A stretch of 42,582 nucleotides of DNA, taken from an uncultured Thermococci archaeon (GTDB taxonomy: Archaea; Methanobacteriota_B; Thermococci; Thermococcales; Thermococcaceae). Made by a program: the position numbers and the translations under genes. Positions 1 through 11,502 of the stretch are shown here, piece after piece. The first letter of the stretch is position 1; every line of letters starts with the position of its first letter. The notes beneath the pieces were generated by a model. The model did no database searches, was not told where the DNA came from, and was given only the letters and a program-made list of their open reading frames with translations. The stretch is from NCBI GenBank assembly GCA_964487115.1, contig CAZAPD010000035.1, forward strand, positions 1-42,582, written 5' to 3'.

Positions 1-164
1 GCCTTTACCAGATACGCTTCCTCCAAGTCCATCTTATCCAAGTCTGCTCCCCGAAAATCCTTAAGTTCTTTCCTTAAATGAAAAATACAGTATTCAGAAC
101 CTTCCACCGCTTCATGGGGGCATTGCTTGTTGGGGTTAGAATTGTATTTATACTGGCACTTCAT
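1..164 (-). CDS. Pentapeptide-repeat protein with N-terminal Cys/His cluster (5' part only; runs off the window)
   Basis: Not in the ORF track. Manual translation from ATG at 164: MKCQYKYNSNPNKQCPHEAVEGSEYCIFHLRKELKDFRGADLDKMDLEEAYLVK. C..C..CIFH cluster followed by FRGAD-LDKMD-LEEAY pentapeptide units. GGTGG SD-like motif upstream. Confidence 0.75.
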   Translation of the reverse strand, partial: MKCQYKYNSNPNKQCPHEAVEGSEYCIFHLRKELKDFRGADLDKMDLEEAYLVK

Positions 165-315
165 GCAACCCACCAACTTTGAAGGTTGGATGTAAAATGA
201 TAAATAATTTTTGTTTTTTTACATGTTATCCCTCAAGTGAAAGGTTTTTGAAAATTAGAAAGCTCTTTGTTATTTAAGCTAGCTAATAATAATCCGTTTT
301 CTGGATAGATAAAAA

Positions 316-2562
316 TCATTTCTTCCAAAGTATTATTTTGTATTTTTCTGGGTATATGACGTTTATATCTTTAGGAACTCTATACATATCAATTCCTATT
401 GCTTCCATACCATCTTTCTCTAATCCATCTTTCAAGCTATACATACCAAAACCCCCTTCTGGGGTAAAAACTATGCCATCACCATACTTCTCCTTCAACA
501 AATCCCTCACTTCTTTTGGCAATGGGAACATGAATTCGCTGCCTGGTTGTCCAAGTGGTGCTGGGGATATATACATAGAAGGGTAACTCGTTCTGCCACC
601 GTTTATAAGAGTACTAACTATCCTAGTAGGTATCCCATATGCTTTGAAAGCTAGAAATAGGCCATAGAAATAAGACGGCATTTCACCGCCATAGTCAGCC
701 GCATGATATCTAACATAACCATAAGCTACTTTTACTCTTTCATAGTCAGCGAAGTTTCTAGTTAAGAATTGGTCCACTCCATTATACCCCATGATTTTTT
801 CATACCATGTCCAATTGCTATAATCTGGATCTATCTTTGGTGGTTGTCTTATCTCACCCAATTTTGCTCCAACAAACTGTTCATGCATGTTCGGTAATCC
901 ATTATGACCTCTATCTATTATCCATTGGTACCATCCCCAGTTGTATTCCCACTTTCCTTGATTGGTTGTTCTGGTTTGCTCAAGAATATCATACATCACC
1001 TCTAACTGATCCACAAACAACTTTTGCCCCCTCAAACCCCAAACAACATCATAATCCCAGCCACCTCTTTCATCTGTATGTGTATGATTCAAATCAGCTA
1101 CTTGATTGGGTAAATCCCATAAACCTATTAATATCAACTTTCTCTCCAGCTCGGTTGGGTACTGCCTGGCAAACTCTTCCTTATCCCACCATTTAACGTA
1201 TTGATACCTTTTACCTATGCCAGTATAATAATAATCCCATAGTTTTTGAATAACATACCAAATATCTTCGTTCGTTGGCTGATAAATTTTGTTTAGCTCG
1301 CCCTCTGTTAAATTGTTATGATACTTATCCGCATACCTTGGACCGAACTTATTATCGAAGAAATTCCAGGCCATCTCTTTTATCATCATGTTAACTGGCA
1401 AGTACAAATTATCATCGTTAGCTACATATGGATTTCTCTTGATGAACTCAACTATCATCCACGTGTCCCTAGGCTTATTGTAAGAATCTATTGTTATAGC
1501 GTGCCCGTAATTGTCCTTCACTATTATGGGTTCAAAATCCACTAGCTCTGGATCTTTATTACTAGCGTTAATGAACAGTTTTAAAACAGAGTAATTATGC
1601 TTGGGTAGATTTTCTTTTAAAACAGCATCTACGTAATAATCCAACGCTTTTAGCAATTCTTCTCTAGCTTTATAGGTTTGTGTATTGTAAAGAATGTCGA
1701 AGTACAGTTTAGCCTCCCGCTCGCTATCAGTATAGTTCAAAACAAGAAAAGCTACATTATCCTCAAGGCGTTTATCGCTGGCATTGGCAACGGCTAGGAT
1801 AACCCGAACCAGTTCCCTGTCCACGCTGTAAAAATTGGGTATTTTTGGCTTGTTCTCGAAGAGTTCGAGGGCTAAGGATGTGTTGAAGCCATGTTTCGAG
1901 ACGAAGTACATGTATGCGCTTCGAATGGACCAGTTCAGGCTGAACGTCTTTTCTGCGGTGTTGTTGTGGGGGTCGCTGGCCGATACCGTGAGAGGAACTA
2001 CACCTGTCTCCTCGGGCGATGGAACCATGCATCTCACCTTGTACGTCCCAGGAGAGGTTTTGACCCACTCGCCATTTTCCCTACCACAGGCCACGGAGAT
2101 GCTCCCAATGCCGGAGTAGTCCTTTATCTTAAGGGTTACCTCGATTGAACCTTTCTCCGGAATCTCGGTTGCATTCTCAAGGGATATCTTCGGTGCATCG
2201 AATACCCTTATCTCCCTGTTCAGCTTCTCTTCGATGCATGTTCCCTCTATGCATGCCTTCAGCCCCGAGAGGATATAGATACCCTCCCCAACATTTATCC
2301 GTAGCCTGAAGACACCACCCTCCCTATTCAGGGTATAAACTGTGGTCCTGTCCCCATTGATCATATTCAGGGTAACACTTTCGGCTTCGGCCCGCACCGT
2401 GACCTCGAGCTCTCCACCGGGCGCGGGAGAGTTAACGTCTACTGAAAAAACCCTCGGCGTTTTGGCCTGAAGGTTGGGACTACCTATGCAACCCGCCGTT
2501 AGGAGCGTAAGAACGAGGAGCACGATGAGAGTTTTGGCTCTACCGGTGCCCACATCCCTCAC
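316..2562 (-). CDS. Large putative lipoprotein / surface protein with N-terminal Ig-like beta domains and an uncharacterised aromatic-rich C-terminal domain
   Basis: 748-aa ORF. Signal peptide ends in lipobox-like LLTAGC. Beta-rich segments (LKIKDYSGI, VSASDPHNN) are typical of Ig-like repeats. Base composition changes sharply near 1765. Confidence 0.75.
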   Translation of the reverse strand: MRDVGTGRAKTLIVLLVLTLLTAGCIGSPNLQAKTPRVFSVDVNSPAPGGELEVTVRAEAESVTLNMINGDRTTVYTLNREGGVFRLRINVGEGIYILSGLKACIEGTCIEEKLNREIRVFDAPKISLENATEIPEKGSIEVTLKIKDYSGIGSISVACGRENGEWVKTSPGTYKVRCMVPSPEETGVVPLTVSASDPHNNTAEKTFSLNWSIRSAYMYFVSKHGFNTSLALELFENKPKIPNFYSVDRELVRVILAVANASDKRLEDNVAFLVLNYTDSEREAKLYFDILYNTQTYKAREELLKALDYYVDAVLKENLPKHNYSVLKLFINASNKDPELVDFEPIIVKDNYGHAITIDSYNKPRDTWMIVEFIKRNPYVANDDNLYLPVNMMIKEMAWNFFDNKFGPRYADKYHNNLTEGELNKIYQPTNEDIWYVIQKLWDYYYTGIGKRYQYVKWWDKEEFARQYPTELERKLILIGLWDLPNQVADLNHTHTDERGGWDYDVVWGLRGQKLFVDQLEVMYDILEQTRTTNQGKWEYNWGWYQWIIDRGHNGLPNMHEQFVGAKLGEIRQPPKIDPDYSNWTWYEKIMGYNGVDQFLTRNFADYERVKVAYGYVRYHAADYGGEMPSYFYGLFLAFKAYGIPTRIVSTLINGGRTSYPSMYISPAPLGQPGSEFMFPLPKEVRDLLKEKYGDGIVFTPEGGFGMYSLKDGLEKDGMEAIGIDMYRVPKDINVIYPEKYKIILWKK

Positions 2563-2630
2563 TCAAAATGAATTTGACGTTAAAACAGATAAAAATTTCG
2601 ATGCCTACGATGGCGATAAATAAAGGGAAT

Positions 2631-3023
2631 TCAAGCATTTTCTTCCTTTATGAGAACGGCATTGACAACGCCGTGCTGGCCGGGTCTTGACGTGACTATG
2701 GCCTTTCCAGCTTCAGTTTCGATAATTGCACCCTTTGTGATTATATTTCTTCTTACGTACTGCCTGTTTGCGGGATTCTCAATGACGTTAAGTATCTTTA
2801 CCTTCTTACCTTTACCGTTCTCGAAGACATTGGCATAGAGTGCTTCAACAAGGCGCACCTTTCTGTTTCCGCCGTATGTTCTGATAAACTTCTTCTTTTC
2901 ATTCTCTTCGGCTACCTTCGTAAAAGCTGGCTCCCTCCCAAGTTCCCTCTTCCTCTTCTTCCTTGCGAGGATGATTCTACCACCTGAAGGCTTTCTAAGT
3001 GATCTTCCCTGCCATATACTCAT
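2631..3023 (-). CDS. rps8e: 30S ribosomal protein S8e
   Basis: [16 protein letters not shown]...[14 protein letters not shown] is the S8e signature. ATG 3023 follows a GAGGTGA SD. Confidence 0.98.
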   Translation of the reverse strand: MSIWQGRSLRKPSGGRIILARKKRKRELGREPAFTKVAEENEKKKFIRTYGGNRKVRLVEALYANVFENGKGKKVKILNVIENPANRQYVRRNIITKGAIIETEAGKAIVTSRPGQHGVVNAVLIKEENA

Positions 3024-3135
3024 CTCTCTCACCTCTTATGAGCTTAACCCTAACGCCTCTTTGGGCGGTTCGTTTATAAGCTTTTCTCAGGGAAGAGTTT
3101 TAAATACAGTGTTCAAATTTAAAGTGGTGAAAAAC

Positions 3136-4044
3136 ATGGGTGCGATAGATGCATTTTCAAATACGATAACTATGATAACCTCCCACAAAAATTTGGTTTT
3201 GCTGATAATGATATTCACCCTGATATTAGCTCCCATCTCAACCTACCTCGTTGGGAATGCTCCTCAGCTTAACTTCAATCAAAGTCAGACAATGCAGAAG
3301 CAGGGAAATGTTATATTTGAGGAGCATGGTTCAACATTCCCTGAGAAGGATATAGAAGCCCTGAAAAGCTATCTACCAAAGCTTCTTCTCTATGCCCTTA
3401 TCGTGAGCATCCTCATGGCCGCAGTTCAGTATGCGGTTATTAAGGGCAGTTACATGGTCACCAAAGGAGAGGGGTACAGTCTTGGGGAGCTGATATCTGA
3501 AGGCTTCAGGCACTTTCTGCAGGTTTTTATTATTAACTTAACCTTTGGGGCTATAGCCCTTGTTATAATAGTTTTACCGTTAATGTTGATTTTAATTCCC
3601 ATAGCGGCTGGGGCACTCTCAAACACTGCAGGTATAGTCATTGCAGGCATATTTTTTGTTCTTGTAATAGAATTTTTTGTTGTTATATTTATGATGGGCC
3701 TCCTTTCAATGACGGTGCCGCTTTATGTTGTTAAGGGCAGTATAGGGGCTGCTTTTGAGGCTTTTGGTCTTGCATTCCGCAATATGATTTCAACCTTTGG
3801 CTTCGGGGTTCTCTTATTGATAGGAATACTTGTTATAAGCATGATAATGGCACCTTTCTCAATGCTGGCGGCCATGATCTCCAATGGATTGCCCAGAATG
3901 CTAATTTCAGCTCTCATAGAGGCTCCTTTCCAAGCCCTTATATATGCCATAATGTGGATAGGGGGGCTTGAATTCTATCTTGAGTTGGAAAAGAAGGATA
4001 AAGGTGAAGATGTTGATCTACTGCTTGAGGAGTTCAATTTTTAG
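3136..4044 (+). CDS. Multi-pass membrane protein of unknown function
   Basis: About 6 hydrophobic segments and an acidic C-tail. ATG 3136 follows GGTGA; the ORF-track extension to 2971 overlaps rps8e. Confidence 0.85.
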   Translation: MGAIDAFSNTITMITSHKNLVLLIMIFTLILAPISTYLVGNAPQLNFNQSQTMQKQGNVIFEEHGSTFPEKDIEALKSYLPKLLLYALIVSILMAAVQYAVIKGSYMVTKGEGYSLGELISEGFRHFLQVFIINLTFGAIALVIIVLPLMLILIPIAAGALSNTAGIVIAGIFFVLVIEFFVVIFMMGLLSMTVPLYVVKGSIGAAFEAFGLAFRNMISTFGFGVLLLIGILVISMIMAPFSMLAAMISNGLPRMLISALIEAPFQALIYAIMWIGGLEFYLELEKKDKGEDVDLLLEEFNF

Positions 4045-4074
4045 TTTTGGTTTTAGGGTTTTGATTTTTTAGTT

Positions 4075-4075
<1 letters not shown>
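4039..4075 (+). terminator. Oligo-T tract between convergent genes (archaeal intrinsic terminator candidate)
   Basis: TTTTAGTTTTGGTTTTAGGGTTTTGATTTTTTAGTTT at and after the stop codon at 4044. Confidence 0.45.
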
Positions 4076-5745
<1,670 letters not shown>

Positions 5746-5811
5746 TTAGAAGGGGTAAAATTGGTTATGAACATCGAGGTCTTGCAGTTTATTGCCGGTA
5801 GAAATAAAGAA

Positions 5812-6192
5812 TTATGTACCGATCCCCTCCCCATTTTCTCCTTCAGCGAGTTCTTTGATTTCAAAAACCTTCAGCGGAACCTTTTTCAAGGCTTTCCCAA
5901 CAACAGCCTTGGCGATTCTTTCGGCGTGTTCTATGCTCTGAGCATTATAAACCTTGATTGTAAGGTATATCCCAACAAGGCCGATGTTACCAATCACAAA
6001 AGCACTCTCGAAGTGGGCTCCACAAACAGGGCACTGGGAATAGCCTATCTCAACCCTTACAAAGTCGAGCTTTTCCTTATTTAATGCCTTTGCAACCTTT
6101 GAAACTGCAACATTTATAGCATCTTCCGCAGTCTCAACATCTCTCACGATTATAGGTGCTTCCAGTACAACTACGTAGTTACTCTCTCCCAT
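5812..6192 (-). CDS. DUF555/UPF0212 family protein
   Basis: NYVVVLEAPIIVRDV, CPVCG and AERIAKAVVGKAL match this conserved euryarchaeal family. Confidence 0.85.
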   Translation of the reverse strand: MGESNYVVVLEAPIIVRDVETAEDAINVAVSKVAKALNKEKLDFVRVEIGYSQCPVCGAHFESAFVIGNIGLVGIYLTIKVYNAQSIEHAERIAKAVVGKALKKVPLKVFEIKELAEGENGEGIGT

Positions 6193-6197
6193 CTCCA

Positions 6198-6485
6198 TCA
6201 CCCGAAAGCGAACAGTCTATCGTCTTCCCCCTTGAAAACTCCCAAACGAACTCCAGCGTCAATAAAGCCATGGGCATAATTTAATGCGGCGAAGGCAGTA
6301 ACATAGTCGCCCATTTCATAGTAGTATTTAGCATCCCGGAAGTAGCTCTCTGCCATGGTTAAAAAGTCTTTTGCTACAGAATAGAGAAGGCTTTTTTCAT
6401 GAACAGCGATTTTTAGAACTCTAAGGGCTTCTTCTGTTATTTTAAAATATTTTTGGAGCTTTTCTTCGCTTATCTCCCGCTCCAC
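6198..6485 (-). CDS. DUF357 family protein
   Basis: [12 protein letters not shown]...[19 protein letters not shown] signature. Confidence 0.88.
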   Translation of the reverse strand: MEREISEEKLQKYFKITEEALRVLKIAVHEKSLLYSVAKDFLTMAESYFRDAKYYYEMGDYVTAFAALNYAHGFIDAGVRLGVFKGEDDRLFAFG

Positions 6486-6615
6486 CGGTCTCGCCTCAGG
6501 CTAAGCTGATGGCTTCCTTTTATAAAGCTTTGCCTATTAAACTTTTGCCTATAAGCTTAACAAAAGCGTTCTTTTACCCAAAGGAGCTGAAAATTAGCCA
6601 TGTATTGTACACAGA

Positions 6616-6662
6616 TGGTGGGCCCGCGGGGATTCGAACCCCGGACCTCCACCTTGTCAGGG
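6616..6662. repeat. att site: 47-bp duplication of the 3' part of tRNA-Val(GAC)
   Basis: TGGTGGGCCCGCGGGGATTCGAACCCCGGACCTCCACCTTGTCAGGG is identical to 8722-8768. It spans the anticodon loop to the CCA end on the minus strand. Confidence 0.97.
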
Positions 6663-7288
6663 CTTAACTTCGCAAACAGAGACACAGAAGAGCACTTACA
6701 TTGAAAACAAGTTCTCATATTCGTCTGTTAAAGACGACTTCAGAGAATGGCTTTATGGTAGAGTAAGTGAAAGGAGTAGCCAAAGATTACCTAAGTTATT
6801 TAAGCCGATACTTAGACGGCACTGAAATCAGGAATCCCCAAGACCTTCAGCAAATTGCATCTAAAGTGACGAGAGGATGGAATTTCTTTGCAAGAAGCGT
6901 TAGAGCACTCATAAATTATCACCTTGAGAAGGGATTGATAAGCAAAGAATTTGCTCTTGATCTAAAGAGCATAGTGAAACGCAAACCTGATGGCATAGAC
7001 GTAAAGATTCCAAGCGATGAGGAAGTAAAGAGAGTTTTAAGCAAGATATACAGAGAAGACATGAAGCTGGTCGGTCTCTTGTGCTTGTTTAGTGGAATAA
7101 GAGTCAGAGAAGCAGTTAGACTTCTAAATGAATTCGATGAGTCTAAGCCCCACATAGAAAATAGCATTGCCTATTATGAGCTTGGATGGTTGAGAGGGAG
7201 TAAATTAAGTTTCCACGTGTTCATGCCTAGAGAGTTGGCATTAAAGTTGAAGAGGGTTGAAGTTTTTATTATCGTCTTAAATTCCTAA
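6616..7288 (+). pseudogene. Integrase C-terminal fragment (IntC), frameshifted and truncated
   Basis: The frame from 6616 reads WWARGDSNPGPPPCQGLTSQ...FREWLYGRVSE and continues after a +1 shift near 6770 as VAKDYLSYLSRYL. SGIRVREA (catalytic Arg) and RGSK (Lys) are present. The ORF ends at 7288 before the second-Arg and Tyr motifs. Confidence 0.88.
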
Positions 7289-7496
7289 AATTTGATAAAA
7301 CCCATGTTTAAGTTGAGATTTCATCTATATACAAAGGTTCTAATATACTTTATAATTCGATGACCGTTTTAATGGACTATTTTCGCTTCTTTCAGGAAAT
7401 TAACACCAATTTGGTCATAATAAAAAATACCCCTGTACGATTTTGCTTAGATTATTGGACAAAAAGCTTATCTAGAGAAAGTGAGTACTTCATTAC

Positions 7497-8147
7497 ATGA
7501 AACCAATAGGCAATCTTATCTTGTCTATTGTATGGAGACTACTCATGTTATCACTTTTTCCTGCTCTTCTGGTTTTTAAATTTAGATGGGAGTCTCTCCT
7601 GTATCTTATCATCTATTTTCAGCTCTTAGTTATTTGGGCACAAGCAGAGATAGCTCTAAGGCAAAACACTTTATTCTTAACTCAGTTTGAACCGTCTTTT
7701 AAGGTGTCATTAGGAAAAAACCTTGAGTTAGTCATAGAAAATGTAAGCCAAAGTCCTGCATACAATGTTGGGATATCAAGGATATTACACAAAAATGGCA
7801 AACCAGTACCTCCTGAAAAGTGGTCAAATGAGATTGAATTTCCTGATGAGTATCCTATCCAATGTTTAAGTCCTGGAGAAAAGGGCGTTCTTTGTAACTT
7901 CATTCAGCCAGGCACTTTAGAGCTTTTCATTGGCAAAGAAATTGAAGTTTGGTACACTACTAAAATAGGAGAAGACAGAGTTATTTACATACTCCCATTA
8001 CCTGGTGAGTTGTTTTTGATTCGACATCCAAGACGAGAATTGCCTGGGTGGCTTCTTAAGTTGTTTGAAGATTTGAGAGCTTTAATTACATATTTCAGAT
8101 TTAGAAAGTATATTCAATATAGAGGTCCTAAGGGGGTGAATAAGTGA
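7497..8147 (+). CDS. Cargo membrane-anchored protein of unknown function
   Basis: 216 aa. Two N-terminal hydrophobic helices, then a soluble beta-rich domain (LVIENVSQSPAYNV). Lies inside the att repeats. Confidence 0.8.
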   Translation: MKPIGNLILSIVWRLLMLSLFPALLVFKFRWESLLYLIIYFQLLVIWAQAEIALRQNTLFLTQFEPSFKVSLGKNLELVIENVSQSPAYNVGISRILHKNGKPVPPEKWSNEIEFPDEYPIQCLSPGEKGVLCNFIQPGTLELFIGKEIEVWYTTKIGEDRVIYILPLPGELFLIRHPRRELPGWLLKLFEDLRALITYFRFRKYIQYRGPKGVNK

Positions 8148-8512
8148 CTAGGAAAGATTGGTGGGGTGTAGGTGTAGGCGCTGGTGTCTTGTTTGCTATT
8201 TCTATTAAGTTTGGAGTAGACCCTACAGGAGAGCTTATAAAAGCCATAGAGCAAGTAATAAAATCTCTTTTGGCAATGATACCGATAAGTCCATTTTATT
8301 TGGCACTAATTAGTTTAATTATCTTCCTCATGTGGATATATCACAAAGTTGTAGAGCCAGTAGAACCGTTTATTGAAGCTTATAGTGAAAAGGGGGAATC
8401 CGGATTATTGGAAGCAATATTAGGATTCATATTCGGATTCACTTTGATTATAGCCCCAACTATAGCAATCTTTGTGTTTATAGTAGAAATGTTAATTTTC
8501 TCTTTTATGTGA
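8144..8512 (+). CDS. Cargo small membrane protein of unknown function
   Basis: 122 aa with 3-4 hydrophobic segments. Start is adjacent to or overlapping the upstream stop; followed by a T-tract at about 8525. Confidence 0.75.
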   Translation: MTRKDWWGVGVGAGVLFAISIKFGVDPTGELIKAIEQVIKSLLAMIPISPFYLALISLIIFLMWIYHKVVEPVEPFIEAYSEKGESGLLEAILGFIFGFTLIIAPTIAIFVFIVEMLIFSFM

Positions 8513-8563
8513 GCTCTGTTCTACTTTTTTACCGAAACTTCCATATGTTACCACCACCATAAG

Positions 8564-8582
8564 TACTATAGAGGTTATAGTA
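8564..8582. promoter_or_regulatory. Perfect palindrome TACTATA-N5-TATAGTA immediately upstream of the intN SD (candidate operator)
   Basis: 7-bp inverted repeat with a 5-bp spacer, directly before GGGAGGTGG and ATG 8596. Confidence 0.45.
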
Positions 8583-8595
8583 GGGAGGTGGCGGT

Positions 8596-8898
<303 letters not shown>

Positions 8899-8924
8899 CG
8901 CCATAACTCCATCATCGGAGCGAG

Positions 8925-8940
8925 TTTATAAATCTTTCGG
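8925..8940 (-). promoter_or_regulatory. BRE/TATA promoter of the dicistronic tRNA-Ala/tRNA-Val unit
   Basis: Minus strand reads CCGAAAGA-TTTATAAA about 40 nt upstream of tRNA-Ala. The two tRNAs are only 9 nt apart. Confidence 0.7.
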
Positions 8941-9046
8941 TGGCTTTTATCGGGGAGATTTACTGATATGGGGTCTAATTATGAATCTACAATCTTCTTG
9001 CTGATGTGTATTAGATGTTTTTCTGTTGTTAAGCTGGTTTCTGCCT

Positions 9047-9754
9047 TTAGTCACCGAGGTAACCGAACCTCTTCAGGATGTGGAGTATCCCTTCAGCTCC
9101 TCCCGCACCATAACTTTTTCGGGTAACATAGTTTGCCCTGTTTTTCAGACTCTCAGGGGCTTGGGCGAGGGCAACTTTATATCCCACCACATTAAAAGCT
9201 GCCAAATCATTCTCTCCATCACCTATATGAGCAACTTCACTGGGTTTTATTCCCATTATCTGACAGGCTTTTCTAATGCCATTACCTTTATTCACCCATG
9301 GTTGCTTTACATGGATAGCAAAACCCGAATCAACTGCCTCAAGATTTAAGTTAAGCTCCTTTATGAGCTCCCTGACAGCTTCAACGGGGACAGTTCTTCT
9401 TAAGACGAGTCCTGCCTTTCTCTCCCCATATTTCATGGTGTAACTCATCTCAGCCTTGGGATAGCGTTTTTTCAGCTCGCTCCATAATATTGTGCTCTCC
9501 CCCATGTCTCCAAGGTAAATTCTGTTGTCTCCTCTGCAATCAGCTACAATACCACCATCTTCCGCTATTATTGGACCGCTCGTCCCTATTAGGATGCTCG
9601 CTCCCATTGCAAAACCTGCTGTGTTTCCAGTGACGAGCATCACTCTAACCCCGAGTTCCTCAGCTTTTCTTATCGCCCTCAGAGCATCTTCATGCAGTCT
9701 CCGATCAGGATATGTTATCGTGCCATCGATATCGACGGAGATGACCTTTACCAC
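9047..9754 (-). CDS. Phosphoglycolate phosphatase (HAD, Cof/TA0175-type)
   Basis: DIDGT motif I, VTGN motif II, KGNG, and GDGEND motif IV. GTG 9754 follows GAGGTGA. Confidence 0.9.
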   Translation of the reverse strand: MVKVISVDIDGTITYPDRRLHEDALRAIRKAEELGVRVMLVTGNTAGFAMGASILIGTSGPIIAEDGGIVADCRGDNRIYLGDMGESTILWSELKKRYPKAEMSYTMKYGERKAGLVLRRTVPVEAVRELIKELNLNLEAVDSGFAIHVKQPWVNKGNGIRKACQIMGIKPSEVAHIGDGENDLAAFNVVGYKVALAQAPESLKNRANYVTRKSYGAGGAEGILHILKRFGYLGD

Positions 9755-9764
9755 AATTCTCACC

Positions 9765-11039
9765 TCAGTGATCTTTCATAATCTCCCTCAAAAGGCTTGT
9801 GGCATATACCCCTTTAGGCAGGAAGAATCTAAATTGCACACTGCCGTCCATGAGAATGCTGTATCTAAATTCCATCGGTCTTATCAAAAGCTCTCTTCTC
9901 CCTCCTGGCTCTGCCATTAGTTTAAGATTCTTCATCCTAAACTGTTCCGTGGAAATTCCTTCTTCTTCCAGAACTTCCTTTTCAATTCTTCCCGGCACAC
10001 CATTTGCCCTTCTCATCAGATAACCGAAAATTGGACCTGTTACCATGGCCCCTCCTTGTTTGATCTTATCATTGACAAACTCAATGTTGCTTTCAGTCAC
10101 GCGGTACGTTCTATCTCTGAGGGGTATTCCATTCTTTACCTGACAGATAACATCCCCTACCAAGGCTTCGTTTAGCGGGAGATCCTCCTCAATCCTCCTT
10201 GAAAGAACCCTGTTAAACAAATAGGACTGATATGAGTGTATAAAGATTCTCATTATAGGGCCGGGAAGAACAGCAAATGCTTTTCTCCAGCTCTTTGTTT
10301 CCTTGTATCTATACAGCATGGCTCTCTCATATCTAAGAAATCTGGGGAACTCCTCCAAAGCCCTCTCAATATTCCTCCTTTCAAGGAAGTTTTTTCTTGC
10401 TTCATCCCCCTTCATATCTCCAGTGTATTCACCGAGAAACTTCAGAGCAGCTTCCTCAAACCTTCCCTGAAGCAGAAGCTTTCCAACCTCATGGTTGATT
10501 ACTCTCCTCTCACCAAAGCGCTGGTACCCGAAATAGTTAGGAAAGCCACCTTTTTCCTTAAGCTCTACGATGATATCCCTAACTCTCCCCAAAGCATTGT
10601 CTCCCTGGACATTCGGTTCTCTGACGATTATCCGGAATCTGTTTCCCAGAAGAGCGCCAAGACGTAGTCTCTTCCCATACCCCACAAACTTCAGGTCAAT
10701 ATCCTGAATCTCTAAGGAATCAAGATTCTCCCTCAATTCCTCTTTTTTCTTGCTGCATATGCTTATGTACTGGAATGTTACCGCCTTTCTATCCTTTGTC
10801 CCAGCAAATCCGATCTCTCTGTAATGAATCCCTGTTCTCTTTGCGATTTCCTTAATGGCGGCCATGGTATCCCAATTTCTTTTTTTAAGAAGATAAATAA
10901 GGCAGTTACCGCTTTCGAGGATATTGGCTGGAGGAACTTCTATCACGATAAAGTCCTCTGGCTTTTCTTTAATTTTTCCTCCAATACCAGGTTTCTCACT
11001 CAGGTATAGAAACTGGCTGAAGAACTCGTGATAATCCAT
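9765..11039 (-). CDS. truD: tRNA pseudouridine(13) synthase TruD
   Basis: [27 protein letters not shown] and [15 protein letters not shown] motifs. Confidence 0.97.
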   Translation of the reverse strand: MDYHEFFSQFLYLSEKPGIGGKIKEKPEDFIVIEVPPANILESGNCLIYLLKKRNWDTMAAIKEIAKRTGIHYREIGFAGTKDRKAVTFQYISICSKKKEELRENLDSLEIQDIDLKFVGYGKRLRLGALLGNRFRIIVREPNVQGDNALGRVRDIIVELKEKGGFPNYFGYQRFGERRVINHEVGKLLLQGRFEEAALKFLGEYTGDMKGDEARKNFLERRNIERALEEFPRFLRYERAMLYRYKETKSWRKAFAVLPGPIMRIFIHSYQSYLFNRVLSRRIEEDLPLNEALVGDVICQVKNGIPLRDRTYRVTESNIEFVNDKIKQGGAMVTGPIFGYLMRRANGVPGRIEKEVLEEEGISTEQFRMKNLKLMAEPGGRRELLIRPMEFRYSILMDGSVQFRFFLPKGVYATSLLREIMKDH

Positions 11040-11056
11040 TTTTATCACTCTACCAC

Positions 11057-11413
11057 TCAAACCAGCTTTAAGTGTCCTGTAACCTTATCTACAAGCTCTT
11101 CTGGTGCGGGCCCGATTGCAAGACATGTGATTGTTCCCGGAGGGATTTCTGTCAGGCCTGCATCCTTTATAAGGGCTGTGGGGATACCAAGATTTTCTGC
11201 ATCGACCTTAAGTCGCAACAGTTCCTCCTCATTTTCAGTCTTTACAACAACCTTTTTCTGTCCCTCATGGAACCATGCTCTAAACCATTCTGGTTTTTCT
11301 TTTTGAGCCTTTAAAGCAGCGGTAACAGCTCCATGAGCAACTTGAACTGCCATTTTTCCGCGGCTGAGCTTTAAATCCTTTCTGATGATCAGGACCTGCT
11401 TATACCTGAACAT
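11057..11413 (-). CDS. pth2: Peptidyl-tRNA hydrolase Pth2
   Basis: [19 protein letters not shown] and [11 protein letters not shown] motifs. Confidence 0.97.
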   Translation of the reverse strand: MFRYKQVLIIRKDLKLSRGKMAVQVAHGAVTAALKAQKEKPEWFRAWFHEGQKKVVVKTENEEELLRLKVDAENLGIPTALIKDAGLTEIPPGTITCLAIGPAPEELVDKVTGHLKLV

Positions 11414-11502
11414 TACACATCACAGAGGAGAATAAAAAAAGAGGCTTATAAAGTTAAAGTTGTTTAATTGAAAATTCGCATGGGTAATAAAAGTAAAAAA
11501 AT

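Noticed and set aside
2971..3135. N-terminal extension of the membrane-protein ORF
   Set aside because: It overlaps rps8e and the divergent promoter region. The SD supports ATG 3136.
6616..6662. Possible third tRNA gene
   Set aside because: Only the 3' 47 nt are present, with no D-arm or 5' acceptor strand. It is the att duplication.
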